DNA of 58,915 nucleotides, counting the filler, from Dugesia japonica (Eukaryota): NCBI GenBank assembly GCA_001938525.1. It is 6 parts of 6 records of this genome, joined end to end, with 100 filler letters (N's around TTAATTAATTAA, not from the genome) between each part and the next. Parts side by side here need not be neighbours in the genome. Positions count along the whole stretch, not along the records: positions 20,767 to 29,688 come from MQRL01616569.1; positions 29,789 to 38,746 come from MQRL01599696.1; 4 more parts are not named here. The stretch is one strand, 5' to 3'. The notes beneath the pieces are model-generated. The model saw only the letters and a program-made list of their open reading frames with translations. It ran no database searches and was not told where the DNA came from. Shown one piece after another: positions 24,346 to 37,720 of the stretch (the stretch's first letter is position 1; each line of letters starts with the position of its first letter). The translations under genes were made by a program, and so were the position numbers.

Positions 24346-27300
24346 GGTTAAAAGACTTCAACTTTCCATAACTATTTATTATAACAAAAACTATTTTTTA
24401 ATAATGAATTATTTAAACAAATAATATCATTTAATATTAATAAATTTAAATCTTTATATCAGTTTATAAATGATATATAACTGCGCTCTCTCTCTCTCTT
24501 TAATTTTAATTTTCTTCAGCCATTCAAGTCTTCTGGGTTTAAGCTGTCCTGCATAATCTTTAAGCAAGTGGTGTGTGCTCATAAATTTAATAATTTTGTA
24601 AGGACTTTCATACCTGAAACCTTTTTTCTTTAACATGTGTGGTTCTGCTTTCACTAATACTTTCCCCCTTCTTCAAAATGTCTGGATGTTCGTTTTACAC
24701 ATTCGTATTTGCTTAATCTTTTAGCTACTTTCTGTATATTTTTATGTGCTAGTTTTTTCATTTCTTCGTGTTTCGGATTTCCTTCTTGTGGTAATCCGTG
24801 TAAGACTAGTCTTCTTCCAAAGATAATTTCAAAAGGAAGTAATTTGTCTTAACCTAATTTCGTGCAGCCGTTCTTTATCGTTGTTAACATCATATCTCGA
24901 AGTATTCTAATATTTATTTTTGCTAAACCATTTGATTGATGTTGATATGGGGACGAAAATTCTTGTTGAATCTCAAACTTCTCTGCGAGTGACCGCATTA
25001 ACTTTTCTTCAAATATTTTTGCTCTGTCGCTCAAAAATGATTTTGACTTACCAAAAGATATATCCAGTTTTCCTTTATTGCTTCAACTATCGAAGTTTCA
25101 TTCTGTTTACTTAACGCTACGAATGACACTAATTTACTATGCCTGTCAACCATGACGAGAACATATTTCTTTTTGGTTTTCACTTCTGGAAATTAACTTG
25201 TTCTAGTGGTCCAGATTCTGTTCTTTGAATAAGAAATTCCTTTGTTTGCCAAGTGTACGTTTTACGCATTTTACATATCATACATTTTTATAGTTGATGT
25301 TCTACATTTTTTTGCATATTTGGTCAAAAATAAGTAACATTCAAATACTCCACCAGTTTTTGGCTGCTCACATGACATAACTCATCGTGTGTAAAATCTA
25401 TAAGGTCAAGTATCAATTTTCTTGCCAGTAAAATTCTTTTCTTGTCTCTTTCATTGATAAATAGTATCTCATCATCCAACGCAAACTGTTCTAATTTGGG
25501 AAAATATTTACTTATGGTCACCATTGTGCTCAGATTATTATTTATCATTCCACTTTCAATATATTCAAGGATTTCTCTCGTTATTGGATCATTTCTCTGT
25601 ACTTCTTTAATATGGCTTCTATCAAAGTTTGTTTTGTCTAAAGTGTTGTTTCTTTTAACTAGATATCGTTCCCCTTTTACATATTGATGTATAGTCTGAA
25701 ATTGTGAATAAAGGTGTTCTCCTATCCTTAAAAGTCCATCAGCATTTCCATGAGCTGCTCCTTTTCCAAATTTTAGTTGAAAATTGAATTCTGCTAGATT
25801 TGTTATCCAATTTTTGAAACTGAGAACTAATTGGCTAACTAGTCTTTGTCATAAAAGTCAATGCTTTATGATCCGTTGTTGCTCTAAATTTCTTGTCATA
25901 CAAATAGTGTTTAAAATACATCATAAACTCATGCGGAGCTAACAATTTCTTGCGAGTAACACAATACTTTTTTTTGGGATTGTATAAAGTTCGATAATCG
26001 TATACTATGACCTGTTCCAATCCATTTTACATTATTTGACTCAAAACCAATCCAATTGCTCCAAAACTAGCATTAATATCCAATATCATTTCGCCCCTAT
26101 TATTTGGGAAAGTCCAAATCGGATAACTACACAATTTTATCTTCAAAGATTATCATTATTGTAGGTCCTGTCGTTTCAATGTGATGTGGCATCAGTTTCG
26201 TAAATCCAAGATCAAATTTTGATGCCATAAATATATCTTTGTAAGTTTTTATCATTTTTCATACTTCTTGACTGATATTATTTGAAGTATTAAAGTCATT
26301 TTTTACTTTTTCTGTATTATCAATAAATAGATTTCCATCGTTTGAGTTAATAAAATCAACTTCAGTGATTTTCATTCCGAATAGCTTTATCATATTTGAT
26401 AAATTTTAGATACATATTTCTAACAATTACTACTTCTTTCTCTCTTAGCTTCCCATTCCATTGTAATTTCAGTTTAGTTTTCGCGTTACATTTTTCTCCT
26501 TTTTCAGAAAACACTCCTGCTAGAACAATGTGTGATGATGATAGATCAGGTGATCCAATTCTTCTCCACACATCTGCACTAATGAGTAATATTGCTGTTC
26601 CTGAATTCCATAACATCTCAATGTCATATCCATAGCAACGCATTTAACTCAATTCTCTTTCATCTCTCTTCTGAAACATCTTATCATCGAACATCAATTT
26701 TTCATCTCGGCGTATTTTCTTTGTTATTTCAACCTCACTGAGGAGATGGATGCAGTGGGTTGCTGATCGTTTTTTTAATCATCATCGTCGTGAAGAAACG
26801 TCGTGTATATACTCAATTTTTTCACCACTGTAAAATAACATATCATCTCCTTCTGCAATACATAATATCTTCAGAAATGTAGAATATCTGTTTCGAATTA
26901 ATGGACAATCTCGAAAATTATGACCTTCTTTTCTACAAATTAAACATTAGTCTTTTAATAGACCATTCATTCTTCTATGTCTTGTATCTCCACAGCAAAA
27001 ACATGCTCCCGGTGCTAAAACGTCTTCACGCGGAGGATTCTTTCCTTTGGCTTTAAAATAAAGCTTATTGGTTGTACACTTCATCGAGTATCGAGGAAAA
27101 CTATTATTTTTGGCCTGTCTTTGGGTCTGAATTTCATTTGCACAATACAAATTCTCTTTGAAAACAATTGGCCGATTTCTTGTACTTGGATCGTTTTGAG
27201 TATTCATTCGTGGATGAGGTTTTGAAAACTTTGACTGATAATCATCCTTCTTCACTGTATTTGTATAGCTGTTTTTTACGACATTAACAGAATATGCTGG

Positions 27301-28304
27301 TATCAATTTTATCCAAATTTCTAGCTAATTTTCGTCTGTGAATATCAGTAAGTTCTGGTTGAAGAACAAAAGATTCTTTCAATTTTTTGCTTCTTACACC
27401 ATTAATTAAAAATATTGTTGCAATTTCATCTAGAGATTTTTTACTCGCAAAAACTTTGTTTACTATTTTTCTTACTCTTTACTTGAAATTACGATATTTT
27501 TTAGTTAGGTCTTATTTGATCTTGGACAAAAGTGTTATTTTATCCATCAGTGTCTCTGAAATCATAAATGATTCACGAAACCGTTTTTTGCAGACCTCTT
27601 TCGTCAAAATTACATCTTCTTTGCATTTTTCCACCCATAATTCTTTCGCATCTTGTCTCATTAACATATCAAAAGCAAATGATATCTCTATTTGAATAAA
27701 CACAGCAAATTATTTTGTCTTTTGAATCCATTCATCAGCTGNTTCAGATGAACCCTCGAAAAAACTTGGTTTTGGGATAAGCAATTCTTGTGTTGAAGAT
27801 GGCAGCTTTGCAAAAATAATTTGGCGAACATCTTTTTCTTTTTTCGTCAGTACGCTTATTTTGGCGTGGTCGTCAGTTAAAAGACTTGAACCTTCCATAA
27901 TTATTTATTAAAACAAAAACTATTTATTAATAATGAATTATTTAAACAAATATTATTATTTAATATTAATAATTCATTTAAAATAAAAGCTTCGATCAAA
28001 ATTGTTTTTTTTATATTTGGTATTTGATAGCAATTCGATATTTCGACTAAGTCTTTTTCAAGAATTGACTTTTTGTTGTCAAAAAACAAATTGAAAAGTC
28101 AATTCTTGAAGAAGACTAAGTCAAAATATCGAATTGCTATCAAATACCAAATAAAAAAACAATTTTGATCGAAGCTTTTATTTTAAATGAATTCTNNNNN
28201 NNNNNNNNNNNNNNNNNCCAACAATTATTCTCGCAATAGTTGCAATTGTAAAATAATATTAAGAAATTTAAATCTTTATATCCTTTTATAAATGATATAT
28301 AACT
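24346..28304 (-). mobile_element. Full-span degenerate Ty3/gypsy LTR retrotransposon with the RT core deleted
   Basis: 5-bp TSD GTTGT on both sides. LTRs at 28304-27875 (interrupted) and 24482-24346 with AGTTA...TAAC(T) termini. PBS TGACGACCAC, gag with CCHC knuckles (CFCCGDTRH; CxICRKEGHxxxDC), protease (LWNSGT), RNase H (D.NASFGAIG; TDHKAL), integrase (HDELCH; SSPYQHQSNGLA) and PPT AAAGAGAGAGAGAG. Confidence 0.9.
27970..28253. mobile_element. Palindromic hammerhead-bearing insertion inside the gypsy 5' LTR
   Basis: Absent from the sister 3' LTR and flanked by a duplicated TAATATTAA. The arms read CAATTC-TTGAA(G/A)A-A-GAC TWA GTC-(G/A)AAA-TA-TC-GAATTG on both strands. Confidence 0.7.
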
Positions 28305-28477
28305 GTTGTCATTGACTAATTATTATTGATATGGTGGTTGGATCCCATACCAATCTGTATCCGTAGTACGTTAATATTTAAGCAATAGGTTACTCGTAAA
28401 TTATTCGTCGGGTTTAAGTCTGACCATTTTAAATTAAAGCGAATAACTTTCATGAATTTTACCATTTTTAATTTCAG

Positions 28478-28643
28478 GAATGCCAAGTACCCCACATATA
28501 ATATTCTAAATGATCCGCTATGCGCGAGAGCTAGCGCAAAGCATCAATTGCTTGAACATTTATTGAACCCCAATGACGAAGAACGTCTTGATAAAACCAA
28601 TCTAGCGTGTTTCGCAGATATATTCCTTTTAGAAAACTATTGA
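28478..28643 (+). CDS. Orphan terminal exon or pseudo-exon with weak kinase subdomain XI-like sequence
   Basis: TTTCAG acceptor, then NAKYPTYNILNDPLCARASAKHQLLEHLLNPNDEERL...*. Confidence 0.25.
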
Positions 28644-28879
28644 TGATTTTGATTCTTAACTCGCGTTATTTAATTATTAAATAAAAATTACTATCTATTC
28701 TTGACTTTTTTAACAAATCTTTTAACTGTGCTTTACTTTTTTGAAAAACCTGTGCAACTGTGTTGCTGTACTAGTGCATCACTATTTACCTACTATGTAT
28801 TTTAATGTAAAGATAATAGTAAGTAAATAGTGTTGTACTGGCTTACTCGATTCTAACTATCAAACCATTTATTTGATCT

Positions 28880-29200
28880 AGAAATTTTGGTTGGTTCAAG
28901 CGATTTCAGTCAATTATTTCTTTGAGATTCGTCAGTTTGGGTAATTTTTGAGCAATTTGGTTAGATCTTTCCTCTAGAATGGCCATTGTTGGTGAATCTA
29001 TTGAATCTTTACTCGGTATTGGTCAATTATGGTCAGTACTTTGGGTGATTCATTCAACGTTTTTCTTGCATTAGTCAGTTTGGGTAACTTTTATGTGAAT
29101 TTGGTCAAATTTTTTATCAGTAAGATCAAATCAAGTCAAATATAGTCGATTTGGGTAATGTCGGTCAATTATTTACTCGTTATGGGCAAACTTGGTTTAT
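28880..29200. repeat. Diverged copy of the GGTCAA/TTGGGTAA complex repeat
   Basis: Same motifs (TTTGGGTAATTTT, TTGGTCAAAT) as the 38.8-42.8 kb arrays. Confidence 0.65.
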
Positions 29201-29810
29201 TATTTGCTCACAAGAGTAATTGCAGAATGACTCGAGAATGGCAATTATTACAAATACAAAAATTACAATAAAGAAAGAAATTTAATTCCAATAAAATCAG
29301 TGTAAATTATAATATTAAAAATTAAATATTTAATTAATTAATTTCGCAAAAAGAAAGGTCAATTAGTGGAAAAAGAAGAAGAAACTAATAACTTTGGACA
29401 GGATGATCAGAAAATGGTAGGACAAGAAAAATTGAATAGAAATTAAAGCATTGCCTCCACGAACTTTAGAGTTAATCGAAGATTTCAGAAACAACGTTAT
29501 ATTTCTAAGACAGATAACCGATTCCCAACAAATGGAAAAGAAAGAAATTGCCGAGGACGGTAAGAGTTTTAAAGTGGTTAGAGAAGATTCAATGGCGGTA
29601 ATTAGCAGGAAGATGGTCGAGTACAAAGAGCTCAAATCTAGTTGGGCACAACAAGCACAAAGGATAGCGTATGCAAAGTGGGCAGAAANNNNNNNNNNNN
29701 NNNNNNNNNNNNNNNNNNNNNNNNNNNNNNNNTTAATTAATTAANNNNNNNNNNNNNNNNNNNNNNNNNNNNNNNNNNNNNNNNNNNNAAAATTTATTAT
29801 TTATTTTTCA

Positions 29811-30865
29811 TCAACAATAATCGTGCATCACTCGACAGAAATCAGAGAAATCTCGTCGGATCGGCGGCAAATGGTTCTTGCTCAGCAATCGATTGCACAC
29901 GAAACACGGCTGCGAATGCAAATTGGAAAAGCTGCGCAACCATTCTAAAAATTTCTGATTTTGCTCGGACGGAGAGAAAAAATTCGATCGCAAATGCGAT
30001 AGAAACGCGACTGCCTCGACAGTGATTTCTCTGAACAACCTCATTTTGCTCTGGCTGAAATAATCGATTTTACTTTTCACATCGAAACTTTGCTCGGGTC
30101 CGCAAGAATTGTTTTCACTAAACGACTCCATTGGACCTTTGCAGAGAACGAGTGCCAACTCGGCTCCTTCGAATCGCATCAAACAAGAAAGGACATCGTC
30201 GATTTTCACTAAAATTGTGGTCGAAATCGTGGTTTGTTGGACGACAGTCGACAGCAGCTGAGGAAATTTTCCCAACAGATAAGAATAATCGAAATTTTGT
30301 TTATTCTGTAGAGAATTGGAAATATTTGTCGTAAAAGCACTCTTCCTATTGAGAAATCGATATTAATTACATCATAAACTCGCCAGTTTACCTTTTGATC
30401 AAATCGCAATTTGCTAATTGATTTTCAACATTTTCGCAAAAATTCGATAATTTCTTTTGATATCTCTTGTATCGAGGTAATGCAATAATCAATTCTTGAT
30501 CTTTACTAGTCAAGTTCGCAGGCATCATTCCTTCAACGTAACAATTCTGAACATAATTCAATTCGACTTTCATTTTCTGAAATTTCAAGGTTTGATTCTC
30601 GATTTCATCAACGATTTTCCTTAAAATTTTATGTTTACAATTTCATTATTCTTTATATACTTTATGTAAGCCAATCGTTCAGGTGTTGCATCTTGAAAAA
30701 TCAAAGATTGCATTTGTAGTTGTAAATACTTCAACTGTTCATTTAAATTATTAGCTGTTGAAGAAATATCACTCAACAATTTCTCTTTCTCCTATAATTA
30801 TAATTTAAAAATTCATAAATATAAGAAAATTATTAAAATCATTTTAAAATATCTACATATTGCAT
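29811..30865 (-). CDS. MED27: Mediator subunit 27; probable exons 30865-30857, 30791-30661, 30619-30392, 30345-29811
   Basis: The C-terminus FLEWLRSFSNLHSQPCFVCNRLL..LPPIRRDF...HDYC* matches the MED27 zinc-binding tail, and LIKR|KSA spans a 46-bp intron. GT-AG phases are consistent; the 9-bp first exon is tentative. Confidence 0.85.
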
Positions 30866-32199
30866 ATTATTAAAACACTTAAATAAACTCTTATAAATAT
30901 CTTAACAAATGAAAACAATTTTTTATGCAAACAATTTAAACGCTATTAAAAATAATATATATGTAAATATCATTTTAAAATTAAAATGTAATATTAATAA
31001 AATGTAAATAGCATATATTATTATCTAAATTTATAATCTTTACAGATTAGATAGAGGGTTCAAAATAAATATCAAAAGTGTACTTAATATTTGTTACAAA
31101 TTATCATATTTAAATTTTGAGGTAATAAACTTTTAAAATTCAAAATTTTTAACCAGAATCTTTCAAAAAATAATAATAATGAAAGAAATTTTGTCTTGTA
31201 GTCCTTTCATAAAAACTGGAGGCTAACCTACAATTTTTGTAGAAGTAGTTGCTTAAATGTTTTAGTGTTATTATTTTTGTGTTTAATTACTTTAGGTTAG
31301 GATTCTAATTAAGCTATGTAAATTTTGTATTTGCTCGTTAATATTTTTTTCAGATTGTAATGTGTATTATTTAATGAATTTAATAAATAAATGAAAAGTA
31401 ATAATACAAATCAAAAAGTAAAGGAAATAAAATATACCAAGCAAGACAGATAGAAAATCATTTCAACTGGTATTGTCATTGGTCTTAATTTTTCTGTTTT
31501 TCAATCAGCTTATTCTGCTTATTAGCTACCAGGAATAACAATATTAAACAGAAAGATACTCAAACAAAATCTGTATTTTAATAAAATCCTGTTTTGTGTA
31601 TAAAACTATAAATAAAACTTTTTCTAATTATTGCTGCGTTCGTATGTTTGCTAAGGTTATTAATTACAAGTGAAAGTTGGCCAGTATAAGTTTGAAAAAG
31701 GCAATTAGAATATTAGTCAGTAAAAGCGATTGACTTTTGTAGTAATTCATGTATTTTCTATTAGAGTAATTTTATGGAAATTACAATTGTCTCTATAAAT
31801 ATAGATTATATAAATTTTTGCTGTTAACCAGTAAAAGGGAGAACAAAATAACGGATAAAAATAAAACTGTTTGAATAAAAAATCTACGTTACGTAAAAGG
31901 ATTGATTTATATTATCAGTATTTTTCCCAAAAAAGAGCCTTGTTAACTATCAAAAGTAATTACAAAATTAAATAAAATTTTAACTAGAGTTATATATATA
32001 TATATACACACACCTTCAGAAAAGTAATAAAAATATCATTGTTAAAGAAATCAAATATTAGTTGAGTGTTTCAGTTAATGAATTGATAGAATACATTTAG
32101 AGTCAGATAAATATCNNNNNNNNNNNNNNNNNNNNNNNNNNNNNNNNNNNNNNNNNNNGTGGTTTTATTTAATTTCTAAGAGGAATTTAGGCGTTTTTT

Positions 32200-33200
32200 C
32201 AGTAATATTATTACTTATTCTAGTAGAAAGTTTTAATATATTGTAATTAAGTTCAAGATAGGGTTTTTAACTTGAGAATTAAATGAAATTAATTTTTGTA
32301 AATCTTTCCAGACCAATTTCATTATAATTTAATAGTAGAAATTATTTTTCTTAAGATAATAAGAATTCCTTAAATAAGATTTCAATAATAAATTTAAACT
32401 TATCTAATCAAAGCCACAGAAATAAACAAGACCCATGAAAAAAAAACAACGGATCTTTTAATGAAGATAAACAACTTCTAAAAGTATTTTCATGAGATAT
32501 TTATTAAAACACTCAAGAATCATCAGTTTGTAAATGAAATCATTGAATTCTAAAAATTCAATAATGGTCTGAAAACGTTTTGACATCAATTTACTACGGA
32601 CACCCATTTTTACCATTGTCTAACGTTTTCAAATTTCTCTCCCAAATTTTGTTTACTCACCCATTACCAAAATTAAAATATTTTTGTTGAAAAATATTTT
32701 GAAATATATATTATCAAGACAGCTCTCTAGTTTGGTTGTTTTCTAATTTACTTCTGTCATTTTTAACATTGATATAATATATAGTGTGATAAATTAAGGT
32801 TGCAATAAAGTAATAATACTAGAATAGGCAAAATTCGGATTGAAAGTTACATGTTGCCCTTTTTAGATATTTTTGTAACTAAATCATATCTGACTCTCTA
32901 CTAACAGTGTCAAACCCAGCTTTTACTAAAAGCCAATTTTGAGTTAATTTGTTATCCGCCCTCAATCTCATAAACGTGTTCTTTTGATGAACTTAAATTT
33001 TATATCCTATCTAAATTATTTTTTTAATCTCATTTATCTTCTAATTTAGCTTCAATACTGTGGACTATGTAAAAATATTTTTTAAAGCTACGGAGAAAAC
33101 ACAATTATGGTTTTGAATCTAAATTCTTCTGATTGTTGTTCGTGATAATATTATTCTAAGGATAATTTTTCTTGCTGCTTCGGCTATTTCATCTGGAGTG
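32200..33200 (-). pseudogene. Highly decayed non-LTR (LINE) reverse transcriptase remnant
   Basis: Frameshifted motifs in the right order: AFSK/AGFDTVSR (compare DFSKAFDTV), NGCP* (compare GxPQG) and TDDS (compare YADD). Confidence 0.3.
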
Positions 33201-33949
33201 GAAACATGTATTTCACTACCAAAATTTGGCTCAATGATTAGTTAATCAATTTTATTTTTAATTTAATAATTCATTAATAACAAATTTTTTTATGAATATG
33301 TCATTTTCATTTAAAATTGTTTCTTGTTAGAACCAGTTGCTGATGATCACTTTTAAATTTTCATGGTTGTGAGATCTGATGAGTGCAATTTACGATTGTC
33401 TATGAGCAAAAACTGGCTGTGGAAATAAACACTCACAATACACTCAGAAGTAGGAAATTAGATTTCATTTATTTCTCGATTATTTCCTAGTTTTTTGAGA
33501 TTCTGTCAGTTGTTTAACTTTTTAGCTAATTTAAATTTGTTCAAATATAGATTTCTTAAATTTTCAGCTGTTAATAAAAAGTGGATATTATGTGAGAAAA
33601 AAATTAGTTGAAATTTTTATTAAACATTTTTCTCAAAATATAAATATGAATATAAAAATATTTCCATAAAAAACAGTTGAAATTTCAAATTTCAAATAAA
33701 GCAAGTTGAAAAATACTTATAAATGATTTCTATTTAATTTAGCTAAACATCTGCTCTCTCAATCATCATAAATTATTGTTTTTAATATTTAAGTTGAAGT
33801 GTAGCTATTTAATAAAATTCAGTTATTGTGCCATATAAATTTCTAAAATTCCACTGTAAATAAAATAATTATTAATCAGCTGCTTTATCAATATCATTTA
33901 TAATTAGATTTACAAAATAAAAGTTATGACTTTTTTATTTAGAAAAGAA

Positions 33950-35194
33950 AAACTTCCTGGAATGTAAAATATTCAACAGAGTTCGGATTTATTAAAAAGG
34001 GGAACAAAGATGCATCTGCAGCATTTTGAACGATTTGCTCGTCACAATTTTTAATTACATCCACTGGGCGGGTGGACATTTTACAACACATTGAAACTAA
34101 GCGTCATAAATCATCAATCGAAGCAGGATCGTCGAGTAAAAAACTAAGTAATTTCAAGAAAATCGATGCAACTAATGATGATCTCATAATCGCTGCATTA
34201 GCTTTTAACACCGCAAAACACAATTTATCTTTTCGGTTAAATGACTGATCATCACAATTGATCAAACATTTTTATGACAACAGCTATAATAACAAACTTA
34301 ATCTCACCATTCATTGACAACAATATACGTGATGAAATCAAAAATATAAGTTTCGCATTATTAACCCTTTCACTCCCGGCGTTTCCAATTCAATACACTT
34401 GCATTTCCGGATAAACAGTAATGAGAAGGTTTTCATATTACATATCATTTTAAAATGTTTAATAAGGCCAATCGTATGCATAAGTTGTTTTGATTTCAAA
34501 TTGTTCAACCACAAAGTTAGAGGTGTTGTAATGCACAGTAATGTTAATCTCAAACTTTGTGTTTCTTGAGTGCTTTAAAATTTATCCTACAGTCGTAAAT
34601 TATGAAAGAATGTAATAAACAACACAAACAAACAATTATATACCCAAATTGTGAAAAATTAACATTTATATTTGATTTTCTAATGAATTTTATATGTTAA
34701 GAATATGTAGATTTCCAAAATTCGAAATTCTGTAAAGTTGTACAATCTTTATTTAAAAAAATTCTTTCTATTCAAAACTTTGTTAAGTAAACTTAATCTA
34801 TCATTTGAAACCAAAAATTTCAAAATACACTTACCGGCAATGAAAGGCTATGAAAGGGTGTCATTCAAATAAATAGTTCAAGTAAAAAATTATTGCATTT
34901 TCAGCAGAAAATACCAAATTATATTTTGGTAGTTCAGAAAGAAAAGGAATGAATTGAAACGTGATGTTATTGGAAATGGTTGCTGCGCACATATCGCCTA
35001 TAATTCATCAAGTGCAGGATGTGGAAATATTAGAAATAGAAATTTATAAAATGTAATTTCTCATGAAATATAATACAAAATAAAATATAATTGAATATAA
35101 AAAATTATTAATTTGTTTTATTTTTAGGATATTAAATTGGTAAAATAATTTTCTTAAATGCCCCGTGTTTTTTCAAAATTTAGCTGGTCACCCT
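33950..35194 (+). mobile_element. hAT element remnant with a BED-finger-like N-terminus and a TAGGGTGACCA-type terminus
   Basis: AF*TICSSQFLITSTGRVDILQHIETKRHK; AFNTAKHNLSF; GNGCCAHIAYN; right end TGGTCACCCTA. Confidence 0.65.
34361..34850. mobile_element. piggyBac-like MITE nested in the hAT remnant
   Basis: TTAA|CCCTTTCACTCCCGG ... CCGGCAATGAAAGG; the right end is degenerate. Confidence 0.45.
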
Positions 35195-36699
35195 ATAACT
35201 AATTGAATATTAATAAAAAATAAAATTTAGGAGGATAAAATGCAAAGTTTGAGATTGGATACGAGTGAAGAGCGAATTGATGATTACTGAATATGGCTGA
35301 TGATGATCGGTTCTCTTATCTTAATTATTCTGATATTTTATCGTAAGCTGTATAATATTTTTTTTCATCATCTAGTTATAATTATATTATTTGTACTAGT
35401 AACAATTATTTATCTTCTTATTTTATTTTTATTTAGTAATTGATATTCATTTAAAATTTTATTTTTTTTAAATTAATAAGTTTTCTTTACAGACAAAATT
35501 TAAGTATTTATAAAGAATGTCGCCCTAGGATTTTGATATTTTATGAATAGAACTAACAGTTAACTTTAATAATTTGCTGAATTACTAACTAGTTGTGAAT
35601 ATATAGTTGAAATCTCGTTTTAAATGATTGTTCAGTAAACCAATTAATTCTTTTGATATTATGATAAAATTTAGTAACTGTTTCATTATATGATTTATCT
35701 AGATGGACAGACACTTTACTAATCAAGAAATACGAATGTGCACTCAAGATGGAGGAGTTCGGTTTTCAATACCGATGGTAAATAGTATGCCAAACTTGTG
35801 AGATTCACAAGGCGAATTCAGAAACGACATTAAACCTTGGTGAGTCTAAGAAGATAAGCAAGTCAGGATAATCGTCAATTTACTCGAACAGATCCTTCGG
35901 TTGAAGCATGAGCGGGTAATCCAACTCGAGAAAGCGTATGTCCGACGAAAAAACGAGATAAGAGACTAATGGCTAAAATCACTCAGCATCTACAACACCC
36001 ACCAACAGCCTCAACTCAGGAAAAGATTACGAGGAGACGACATGTAGAGTATCAAAAAACCACGAAACGCCTGTTGAATAAAGTCGAACGAATGATACCG
36101 ATGGTCGTTCCATATTTAATGGATGATGAAGAGACCACAAAGCAATACTCCATTCCTGTGTAGCCGTAATAGCGAATTTAATGTTCGTGATCTGTACAAG
36201 TTCCTGATTATAATATACTCGTCCTCTGATTTATTCTCACCTGTTTGTCTTTTTTCGTATATATTATTTAAGACAGTCTTAATTAATTAAACCAAACTGA
36301 TGAATATACTGATATTGTACTTTAAAAAGTATTTAATCGAATGTTAGCAATTATTTTTGATGTAAATATGTCGACACAGACTAGAAAATCTAACCGCGAG
36401 AAATTAATAACTAAACAGAAAAAGCAGGGAGGAGTTAAAGAAACTGTGCAAAAAGTTATCAGAGACCACCGAGGAAACTCGTTTATCCAAGGAGAGAATA
36501 AAGGCGATAAGCAGTCAAGTGAGTCACAACAGAAAATGGAAGCGGCCACTCATGTAGAATAATTGAATGTTTGCTTGATATTAATAAGTCATTCGCAGAC
36601 AGAGAAGCAAAGACATTACAATCGGATATGTGTTTAGAGAATAAAATAAACCAGCATGTCTGCCTTAAGTCTTTGAGACCTTCTACCGAAGGTCTTCAA

Positions 36700-37090
36700 A
36701 ATATGGTATATTAGGGATACTTTTAAATCACGATGATGTTCACATAAGGCTTCAATTATGGTCGAATATTTGAATAGTATGGTAACCGACTTGCTTTTAT
36801 ACCACTTTTACCTTCCAAACGTAGATCTCTATGACTTTTGGTTTTTCAAAAATATAAAAAACCTTTTAAAGTGGTCGATAATTTGAGATTGAAGAGTTAG
36901 ATAAAGATGCTCATTTCTTTTTTTGACATAATTTCTTCTATTACTAAGGTCAACCCTATCACAAATGAAAAGATATGCTGGGTCGGAATATTAGAGTTTT
37001 TGAAGATTAAATTTAGGAATTTTGTGAAATCTTTGTAATATTTAAATGAAGTTTTCGTTTTATCATATATACTAAAAACTTTTCAGTTAT
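36700..37090 (+). mobile_element. Mariner-like transposase C-terminal remnant
   Basis: PNVDLYDFWFFKNIKNLLK (compare YSPDLAPCDFWLFPKLK). Confidence 0.55.
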
Positions 37091-37637
37091 ACTAATTGTT
37101 AGATGAGTTTGGATAACTTATCTGATCATTAATATCAAAATTCAACTCCATAGGAAAATTTATTCACAAACAAAACTATAACCAACACTATTTGTTTATT
37201 CAAACAAATTAAAATCAATGTTTTAAATGGTGATCGCTTTTTCAAGTTTTTTAAAAATTTATTTAAGGTCATTTAAATTTTTCATTCAAACTTAAAACAA
37301 ATTTTTACCTTGTTATTTTAAAACGTAATTTAACATTTAACAAAATACTCATTCGTTATTTAGTTTTCATTTACAAATAAAAATTTTTTAAATAAAATAT
37401 TTTAAGATGAAAAACCACCAACATCACAAAAATTTCAACTAGCTTTGCAAAACATACTCACACTAATCATTTTCTTATAAAACTTTCGGTATATTTTTCA
37501 ATGTTAAATAATTTTTGGACGTTTTTTACATACCCTATAAAATCAATAATATTAATAGAAAATTAAACAAATTAAAACTGATATTATTCATATATTATTC
37601 CATTTATTAATCATCAGATAAATTTAAACAAAGTTAC

Positions 37638-37720
37638 TTAAATAACATCAACATTATACTCATTGAAGAGTAAGAATTAAATATTGAACGAATGATCTTT
37701 TGGTGGACCGTATCTGCCAT
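37638..37720 (-). CDS. Candidate first coding exon of an unknown gene
   Basis: TTTCAG acceptor, 5 nt, then ATG: MADTVHQKIIRSIFNSYSSMSIMLMLF, ending at a GTAACT donor. It lies just downstream of an ETS-motif region. Confidence 0.35.

Noticed and set aside
33376-33420. CTGATGA followed by GAGCAAAA as another hammerhead (similar weak cases at about 7770-7800 minus and 43410-43446)
   Set aside because: Stems I and II do not pair convincingly; not distinguishable from chance.
35700-36562. Higher-GC short ORFs, possibly gag-like (also 29451-29690, 47950-48420, 50100-50650 and 56235-56419)
   Set aside because: Probably TE debris, but no diagnostic motif could be identified with confidence.
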